64,000 bases of DNA from Candidatus Kapaibacterium sp. (GTDB taxonomy: Bacteria > Bacteroidota > Ignavibacteria > Kapaibacteriales > UBA2268): NCBI GenBank assembly GCA_963665665.1, contig OY762428.1, forward strand, positions 5,216,001-5,280,000, in the 5' to 3' direction. Positions 57,529 through 64,000 of this stretch are shown in pieces. How positions within the stretch are numbered: the stretch's first letter is position 1; each line of letters opens with the position of its first letter. The notes under the pieces were generated by a model. The model searched no databases. It was not told the DNA's origin and saw only the letters and a program-made list of their open reading frames with translations. A program made the translations under genes and the position numbers.

Positions 57529-58671
57529 TTAGAATCCAAGAAGGAAACTCAACAGAATACCGGCAGCTACGGCAGAACCGATAACACCTGATACATTAGG
57601 CGCCATGGCATGCATAAGCAGGTAATTGGTCGGGTCTTCTTTAAGTCCCATACTGTGAACAACCCTTGCTGAATCAGGAACAGCGGAAACACCTGCCGCC
57701 CCTATCATCGGGTTGATTTTATCATCGTCTTTAAGGAAAAGATTCATAATCTTGGCAAATATCAACCCGCCTGCTGTTGCAATCATAAAGGAGATAGCAC
57801 CGAGTATGAAAATAAATACAGACTGCGGGGTCAAAAATGTTGTTGCCTGGGTTGATGCTCCAACAGTAAGCCCGAGCAGAATAGTAACAATGTCGATCAG
57901 TGAATTACTTGCAGTATCAGCTAATCGTTTTGTTACGCCGGATTCTTTCAGCAGGTTGCCGAAGAAAAGCATACCGAGAAGCGGGAGTGCACCCGGAGAA
58001 ATAAAACAGGTAAGAATAATGCCAATGATGGGGAAAATTCTTTTTTCTGTTTTTGAAACTGCACGCGGCGGTTTCATTTTGATTTTTCTTTCTTTTTCTG
58101 AAGTCAGAAGTTTGATAATCGGCGGCTGAATAACCGGTACAAGCGCCATATACGAATAAGCCGCTATAGCAATAGCACCGAGCAGCTCGGGAGCAAGCTT
58201 CGATGAAAGAAAGATAGCCGTCGGGCCGTCTGCTCCGCCAATGATACCTATAGCGCCGGCCTGATCCGGAGTAAATCCGAGAGCCAGGGCGGCAAGAAAT
58301 GTTGCAAAAATACCTACCTGAGCCGCAGCCCCGAGTATCATCAATTTCGGGTTCGACAATAGTGCGGAAAAATCGGTCATTGCTCCGATACCAAGGAAGA
58401 TCAGGGGTGGGTAAACTCCTTTCAGCACGCCAAAGTATAGGTAGTTCAAAACCGATCCCTGCTCGTAAATACCAAGCTGAAGCCCGGCATCTTCGATAAA
58501 TGGTACATTTCCCACTAAAATGCCGAATCCTATTGGCACAAGCAGAAGCGGTTCATAATCATATTTTATTGCCAGATAAATAAACACCAGGCCGACAAGT
58601 ATCATAACCAGGTGGCCGATTGTTACATTGGCAAATCCCGTGTATTCAATAAACTGGTATAAGCCTTCCAT
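57529..58671 (-). CDS. mmdB: Na+-translocating decarboxylase beta subunit
   Basis: EPLLLVPIGFG, IGIIGGADGPTAI, AYSYMALVP, GVSAVP, NVSGVIGSAVAAG. Confidence 0.93.
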   Translation of the reverse strand: MEGLYQFIEYTGFANVTIGHLVMILVGLVFIYLAIKYDYEPLLLVPIGFGILVGNVPFIEDAGLQLGIYEQGSVLNYLYFGVLKGVYPPLIFLGIGAMTDFSALLSNPKLMILGAAAQVGIFATFLAALALGFTPDQAGAIGIIGGADGPTAIFLSSKLAPELLGAIAIAAYSYMALVPVIQPPIIKLLTSEKERKIKMKPPRAVSKTEKRIFPIIGIILTCFISPGALPLLGMLFFGNLLKESGVTKRLADTASNSLIDIVTILLGLTVGASTQATTFLTPQSVFIFILGAISFMIATAGGLIFAKIMNLFLKDDDKINPMIGAAGVSAVPDSARVVHSMGLKEDPTNYLLMHAMAPNVSGVIGSAVAAGILLSFLLGF

Positions 58672-58676
58672 TTGTA

Positions 58677-59114
58677 TTAATCTCCTATCTCTACAAGTAC
58701 ATCGCCTTCAAGAACGGAATCGCCATTGTTAACCTTAACGGCACTGATTGTTCCGGCCCTGTCTGCTTTAATGTCATTTTCCATTTTCATAGCTTCCATA
58801 ACAAGAAGTGTCTGCCCCATGGTAACGCTGTCTCCGGTTTTAACTTTCATTTCCAGGATAGTTCCGGGTAATGGAGCCTTAATACCGCCACTTCCTTTTC
58901 TTTCAGCGGGCTTGCTTGTTTTTGCCTTGCCTGACTCGTGTACCTGGTGAGCCTGGCTACGAATAAGAGTAGGAGTTTTGCTTGTTTTTATTTCTTTATC
59001 TATTGACACCTGGTAAGAAGTGCCGTTAACTTCAATTTCTGCGATATTGTCTTCCATTTTCTGGATTTCAACATCATATTGGTTTCCGCGAATTGTAAAC
59101 TTGAATTTTTTCAT
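58677..59114 (-). CDS. mmdC: biotin carboxyl carrier subunit
   Basis: APLPG...EAMKMEN biotinylation motif. Confidence 0.9.
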   Translation of the reverse strand: MKKFKFTIRGNQYDVEIQKMEDNIAEIEVNGTSYQVSIDKEIKTSKTPTLIRSQAHQVHESGKAKTSKPAERKGSGGIKAPLPGTILEMKVKTGDSVTMGQTLLVMEAMKMENDIKADRAGTISAVKVNNGDSVLEGDVLVEIGD

Positions 59115-59143
59115 TTTTTCTGCCGTTTATGATTTATAAAATA

Positions 59144-59581
59144 TCAGCTTCCCTTAGGATTTCGAGTAAAGTTGTATACTTTGGAATTCCAGGGGGAATA
59201 CCTTCTCTGAATTTTATCAAATGTTACAACATAGTTTTCCATGTCGTGAGCTTCTTCGAAATGCAGGTAAAGAGCCATAGCTATTGCAGCGTTTATATCA
59301 CCGCTGATGTGAAGTTCGGGTCTGTCTGCCGATCTGTGCCCCTCGCTTTTAAGGCGTTTTCTTTGGGATCTGGTCATTATCTTTGCAAGCATTGTAACAA
59401 TAAAAGCAAGGAAAATCAGAGCCAGAAAAACAATTATATAACTTAAAATGGACTGGGTTATGCCATCGGCTTCGATAATATTGCCAAGATTGAATGACAA
59501 ACTGCCCAATTTGTCGCTGCTTGCGGCTTCTGTGGCAGTTTCTACTACCTTTAATATCATATTGTTAATAATACCAAACAT
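59144..59581 (-). CDS. mmdD: OadG/MmdD-family decarboxylase subunit
   Basis: TM IVFLAL, AAIAMAL, YSPWNSK; operon context. Confidence 0.8.
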   Translation of the reverse strand: MFGIINNMILKVVETATEAASSDKLGSLSFNLGNIIEADGITQSILSYIIVFLALIFLAFIVTMLAKIMTRSQRKRLKSEGHRSADRPELHISGDINAAIAMALYLHFEEAHDMENYVVTFDKIQRRYSPWNSKVYNFTRNPKGS

Positions 59582-59593
59582 TCTTTCCTCGTT

Positions 59594-61153
59594 TTATAAT
59601 GGAATATTACCATGTTTTCTTGGCAGGTTCCTGTCCTTTTTCGTTGTCAGCATTTGCAATGCCCTGATGATCCTGAACCTTGTATTCCTAGGTTCGATAA
59701 CATCGTCGATGTAACCATATTTAGCGGCAACATAAGGATTCGCAAATTTTTCGCGATATTCCGCTTCTTTGACGGCAATAAATTTTAGTTTTTCTTCATC
59801 CTTATCAATTTTTTTCAAATCGCGTTGGTGAAGAACTTCAACTGCGCCTTTGGCTCCCATTACAGCTATTTCTGCATTTGGCCATGCGTAGTTGATATCG
59901 CCGCGAAGGTGCTTGGATGACATCACGTCATAAGCTCCGCCGTAAGCTTTTCTCAGGATGATTGTAATTTTCGGAACTGTAGCTTCGCCGAAAGCGTAAA
60001 GCAATTTAGCTCCGTGAATGATAATTCCGCCGTATTCCTGTGCTGTTCCGGGAAGGAAACCGGGAACGTCAACCAGTGTGATAACCGGTATATTGAAGGA
60101 GTCGCAGAAGCGAACAAATCGTGCACCTTTTCTTGAAGCATTTATATCAAGAACGCCTGCAAGATAGTTTGGCTGATTTGCAACAATACCTACCGGCTGT
60201 CCATTGAATTTTGCAAAACCTACAACCATATTCTGTGCATAATAACGCTGAACTTCTAAAAACTCACCATAATCTGCTATAGAGTGAATAACATCTTTAA
60301 CATTATAAGGTTTGTTAGGATTGTCGGGAATGATTTCATTCAGTGCGTCTTCAAGTCTTTCTATCGGGTCGTCGCACTGAGTTACAGGTGGTTCTTCCAT
60401 ATTGTTTTGGGGAATGTAGCTGAAAAGTTTCCTCAGAAGCATAATGCCTTCTTCTTCATTTTCAGCAACGAAATGATTAACACCTGATTTAGTGGCATGA
60501 ACCATCGGCCCGCCAAGTTCTTCGGTAGTAACGATCTCGTTCGTAACAGTTTTCACTACTTTGGGGCCGGTAACAAACATATAGCTTGTGTCTTTGGCCA
60601 TGATAATAAAGTCTGTAAGAGCAGGAGAGTAAACAGCTCCGCCGGCACATGGGCCGAAAATAGCAGAAAGCTGTGGAACAACACCTGATGCCATGATATT
60701 TCTCTGGAAGATATCAGCATAACCACCAAGTGAAACAACACCTTCCTGGATACGAGCTCCGCCACTGTCATTTATTCCGATAATCGGGGCACCCATTTTC
60801 ATTGCCTTATCCATTACTTTACAAATTTTCTGCGCGTACATTTCAGATAATGAACCGCCGAAAACAGTAAAGTCCTGCGAGAAAATATAAACAAGCCTGC
60901 CGTCAATAGTACCGTAACCTGTAACAACACCATCAGAAAGATATTGCTCATTTTCCAGCCCGAAATCGATACATCTGTGCGAAACAAACATATCAAATTC
61001 TTCGAAACTACCATCATCAAGGAGCATATCGATACGTTCCCTGGCCGTGAACTTCCCTTTCTTGTGCTGCGATTCAATTCTTCTTTCACCGCCGCCTAGA
61101 CGCGCTTTCTCGCGCATATCCATTAAGTCTTTAATTCTTTCTTCAATGGCCAT
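59594..61153 (-). CDS. mmdA: methylmalonyl-CoA decarboxylase alpha / PccB-type carboxyltransferase
   Basis: [55 protein letters not shown]. Confidence 0.88.
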   Translation of the reverse strand: MAIEERIKDLMDMREKARLGGGERRIESQHKKGKFTARERIDMLLDDGSFEEFDMFVSHRCIDFGLENEQYLSDGVVTGYGTIDGRLVYIFSQDFTVFGGSLSEMYAQKICKVMDKAMKMGAPIIGINDSGGARIQEGVVSLGGYADIFQRNIMASGVVPQLSAIFGPCAGGAVYSPALTDFIIMAKDTSYMFVTGPKVVKTVTNEIVTTEELGGPMVHATKSGVNHFVAENEEEGIMLLRKLFSYIPQNNMEEPPVTQCDDPIERLEDALNEIIPDNPNKPYNVKDVIHSIADYGEFLEVQRYYAQNMVVGFAKFNGQPVGIVANQPNYLAGVLDINASRKGARFVRFCDSFNIPVITLVDVPGFLPGTAQEYGGIIIHGAKLLYAFGEATVPKITIILRKAYGGAYDVMSSKHLRGDINYAWPNAEIAVMGAKGAVEVLHQRDLKKIDKDEEKLKFIAVKEAEYREKFANPYVAAKYGYIDDVIEPRNTRFRIIRALQMLTTKKDRNLPRKHGNIPL

Positions 61154-61619
61154 TTTAAACCCTTTTTCGGAAATGATTATATATAAATCGTTTGTTTATT
61201 TTCAATTTCAATAACTCTGTATAAAAATCCATGCATATAATATAAATTACATGCCATAAAAGGAGAATTGCTATAAATATCTATAACATATAAAGATAAG
61301 GTTTTCATGTAACTTTCAATATTTGCATTATTGAGAATTTCTTTTTCAAAATCGAAAATCATTAAAAGTTTTTTTTAAAAGCTTCTGATCATCAGATTCA
61401 ATAGCTGCAAATTAAATAATATTGCCGAAAATTAAAAATCAATTATCTCTATAAATTATTGATAATTAAATGATTAAATATTCATACCAAAATTTTTGTA
61501 TTCCATCTGTTGCATCAATTTGAAATAAGTAAAAAAATCAAATTATAGCGGAATTTTGCTACAAAAAAAAAATTGTTATAGTTTTGCGAAAATATTTGAT
61601 AATAAAATTGAGAACACTA

Positions 61620-62447
61620 ATGAAACATTTTTGGATAATTGCTGTTTTTGCAATCATGGTTGTAAGTTGCGGGAGTGAAAAAAATGATAACAAAATTGAA
61701 AAATCAGATGACACCAATGATAATTCAAAAAATGAGATGCCAGCGACAGCCGAAAAAATGCAACCTGACCTTGCGAAGAAAACCGATTTGAGTAGTGATG
61801 ACCAAACTGAAGAGATTATTAATCAGCATTTTAAAGCAAGGGGACAGGATAGACTCTCTGAAGTGAAAATTCTGGGAACAAAAGGTTCTTTCACACAAGG
61901 GCAATATAAGAGTGATTTTTTCTCGTTTATTTCCAGACCCGGAAAGTATTATTTTGAAGGCACTTTCGGAGATAAAAAATTCGTGCAGGTATTTGACGGT
62001 GAGCACGGCTGGGCAATAAAGCCATGGATTCCTGATTCGGTTACTGCTATTGGTGGTATGCAGCTTGCTGCTATGAAGGAGCAGGCAAATATGGACGGAC
62101 AGCTTCACAACTGGAAATCAAAATATCTGGCTGTTAATTATATAGGAGAAGGAAACGTAAGGGGCAAACCTGCGTATATCCTGAATGTAAAAAGAACTGA
62201 TGGCAACGAGGTTAAATATTTCATAGGCAAAACAAGCTTTCTTGTATTAAAAACGGAATCTACCGCAAATTATAACGGACAAAATGTGACGACAGAATCC
62301 TTTATGCTTGATCATAAGAAAATTGACGGGATATTCTTTCCATTCAGATATGAAACTGTTGCCAATGGAAGTATAATAAGCGAGATAAATGTAAAAGAAA
62401 TTACTATCGATCCTGAAATTGATAAGTCAATATTCAAGAAACCATAA
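61620..62447 (+). CDS. lipoprotein with LolA-like / outer-membrane lipoprotein-sorting fold
   Basis: lipobox VVSC; EEIINQH..ARG, FDGEHGW, DHKKIDGIFFP, IDPEIDKSIFKKP. Confidence 0.7.
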   Translation: MKHFWIIAVFAIMVVSCGSEKNDNKIEKSDDTNDNSKNEMPATAEKMQPDLAKKTDLSSDDQTEEIINQHFKARGQDRLSEVKILGTKGSFTQGQYKSDFFSFISRPGKYYFEGTFGDKKFVQVFDGEHGWAIKPWIPDSVTAIGGMQLAAMKEQANMDGQLHNWKSKYLAVNYIGEGNVRGKPAYILNVKRTDGNEVKYFIGKTSFLVLKTESTANYNGQNVTTESFMLDHKKIDGIFFPFRYETVANGSIISEINVKEITIDPEIDKSIFKKP

Positions 62448-62471
62448 AACTTCAAAATATTTAAAAATATT

Positions 62472-62508
62472 AAATTTATCCGATGACTGAATAGCATCGG
62501 ATAAATTT
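62472..62508. terminator. bidirectional terminator
   Basis: AAATTTATCCGATG-loop-CATCGGATAAATTT perfect 14-bp stem between convergent genes. Confidence 0.8.
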
Positions 62509-62585
62509 GCTTGGATTGTAAACAGAACAATAATTGAAATTTACATTAGTGCCAACTTCTGTTTGTCAATTCGTATATTTCCGGT

Positions 62586-63140
62586 TTACTTCCATTTAAT
62601 ATTACATCCAATTGATGGTATTTGAACATCCGGTATGGGCTGTCCGTCATTTACAGAATCAAGAACAGCACGAATATCTTTACCTGTAACAGGAATAGTA
62701 TTTCCCGGACGCGAACTATCAAGCTGGCCACGGTAAATTAGTTCCATTGCATTATTGTAAATAAAAAAATCCGGAGTGCAGGCTGCACCGTATGCCATAG
62801 CTATTGCCTGTGATTCATCATACAGATAGGGGAAAGGATAGCCCAGGTTTTCGGCATATTCCTTCATTTTTTCGAATGAATCTTCAGGATAATTTTCTGC
62901 ATCGTTTGAACTGATTGCAATGAAGCTGAAACCTTTTTGGATATATTCTTCGGCAAGTTTTACAAGCTGTTCATTTACATGTTTTACAAACGGACAGTGG
63001 TTGCAGATAAACATTATTACGGTTGCTTTTTCAGACCTCATTTCTTCAAGTGAAATATTTTTTCCACTTATTGGATCAGGAAGTGAAAAGTCACGGGCCT
63101 TGCTGCCAATATCTATCATTTTTGAAGCTGTTTCTGCCAT
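62586..63140 (-). CDS. thioredoxin-like / AhpC-TSA family protein
   Basis: FICNHCPFV, YPEDS, PYLYDESQ, ACTPDFF, SIGCNIKWK. Confidence 0.92.
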   Translation of the reverse strand: MAETASKMIDIGSKARDFSLPDPISGKNISLEEMRSEKATVIMFICNHCPFVKHVNEQLVKLAEEYIQKGFSFIAISSNDAENYPEDSFEKMKEYAENLGYPFPYLYDESQAIAMAYGAACTPDFFIYNNAMELIYRGQLDSSRPGNTIPVTGKDIRAVLDSVNDGQPIPDVQIPSIGCNIKWK

Positions 63141-63437
63141 AATTAGTAAAAAATTAATTCAACAAAATATAAATTTCTTATCCGGAATAACGAAAAGAGG
63201 CAAATAAGATTTTGGGTTGGCTAAAAATTATCCTTATTCTATTGTTGTAATTTTATAATCAAAAAAATTTAAATTATTATTCTGTAATAAAATATCATAT
63301 TTATTAATGGAATATTAAAATAACATTAATAATTAAAAATATATATTCCATAAGCAATTGTCATATAGTTAGATACTAAAATATTTCGTATATTGAAATA
63401 ATATTTTATTATATACAATAACCTATGGGAGGTTAAT

Positions 63438-63650
63438 TTGGAAAACGAGAAGAAAATGAAGTACGAAGTTCCGGAAGTTATTGGCTTTGAATGGATGAAC
63501 TCGATAGGAACTTGTTTTTCGAATGGTTCTGCTGATACTGGAAGATGTAGCGGAAATGGATTAACAGCGAATTATACTTGTGCCGGCAATGGTAATACGG
63601 CATTAACCCAATGTCAGGCTCAGGGAAGCGGTTTTACCGGAGGAACTTGA
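63438..63650 (+). CDS. putative Cys-rich RiPP precursor peptide 1 (70 aa)
   Basis: GGGAGG SD 5 nt before TTG; leader MENEKKMKYEVPEVIGFEWMNSIGT; Cys at 26, 37, 48, 59. Confidence 0.8.
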   Translation: MENEKKMKYEVPEVIGFEWMNSIGTCFSNGSADTGRCSGNGLTANYTCAGNGNTALTQCQAQGSGFTGGT

Positions 63651-63716
63651 TTCTTAATATTTGTGATACTATTTTATTTGCTTCGACAAAAAATAGATCA
63701 ATTTTGCGAGAATAAA

Positions 63717-63959
63717 ATGGAAAATGAGAAGAAAATGAAATATGAAGTTCCTGAAGTGATTGGTTTTGAATGGATGCAGTCAATTGGTACTTGTTCGTCC
63801 GGATCTGCTGATGGTTACAATTGCAGTGCTGACGGTAATTCAGCCGGTTCATCTTGCAGCGGTCATGGTATGGTTCCTGACGGAGGATGCAATCTGGCCG
63901 GATTAGGTGATACTGCTGCAGGTTGTTCAATAGGATTTGACGCAGCAACATTTAATTAA
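63717..63959 (+). CDS. putative Cys-rich RiPP precursor peptide 2 (80 aa)
   Basis: same leader except one residue (N21Q); Cys at 26, 36, 47, 58, 70; start reassigned from 63663 by homology to peptide 1. Confidence 0.8.
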   Translation: MENEKKMKYEVPEVIGFEWMQSIGTCSSGSADGYNCSADGNSAGSSCSGHGMVPDGGCNLAGLGDTAAGCSIGFDAATFN

Positions 63960-64000
63960 TTCCATTTCTATTCAACCCCATTTTTAGCTATTTTTGCAAT

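Noticed and set aside
63663-63716. N-terminal extension of precursor 2 given by the ORF track
   Set aside because: Homology to precursor 1 starts exactly at ATG 63717
63438-63959. Lasso peptide or lanthipeptide precursors
   Set aside because: The YxxP leader is lasso-like, but the cores are 45-55 aa with periodic Cys and lack the usual T(-2) plus short macrolactam layout; no FNLD or double-Gly leader. Not fully excluded without the downstream genes

Overview
Bacterial chromosomal window, AT-rich, probably from the FCB superphylum. This is inferred from Bacteroidota-type TAnnTTTG promoter boxes, T9SS C-terminal domains and the use of GGAG Shine-Dalgarno sites, which together suggest a Kapabacteria/Ignavibacteria-like lineage. 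Most of it is housekeeping: accD, glmS, nusA-infB-rbfA-truB-ribF-rpsO-pnp, topA, gyrA, pruA and a Na+-pumping acyl-CoA decarboxylase operon. The accessory loci are: (i) at the far right end, two tandem short genes that share a near-identical YxxP-type leader and carry divergent cores with Cys-x-x-x-Gly units about every 11 residues. These look like paired RiPP precursors (probable radical-SAM thioether class) whose maturases would lie beyond the window. (ii) A pentaheme c-type cytochrome with a T9SS sorting domain. (iii) An ABC permease fused to three substrate-binding domains next to a STAS/anti-sigma partner-switch module. (iv) motAB coupled to a degenerate REC/HD-GYP regulator with no flagellar genes nearby. 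(v) An exosortase H-like gene pair. (vi) A GC-rich 21-bp minisatellite in an otherwise unexplained 1.3 kb gap. No tRNA, rRNA, CRISPR array, transposase or integrase was recognised. All product calls come from motif recognition by eye, not from database searches.
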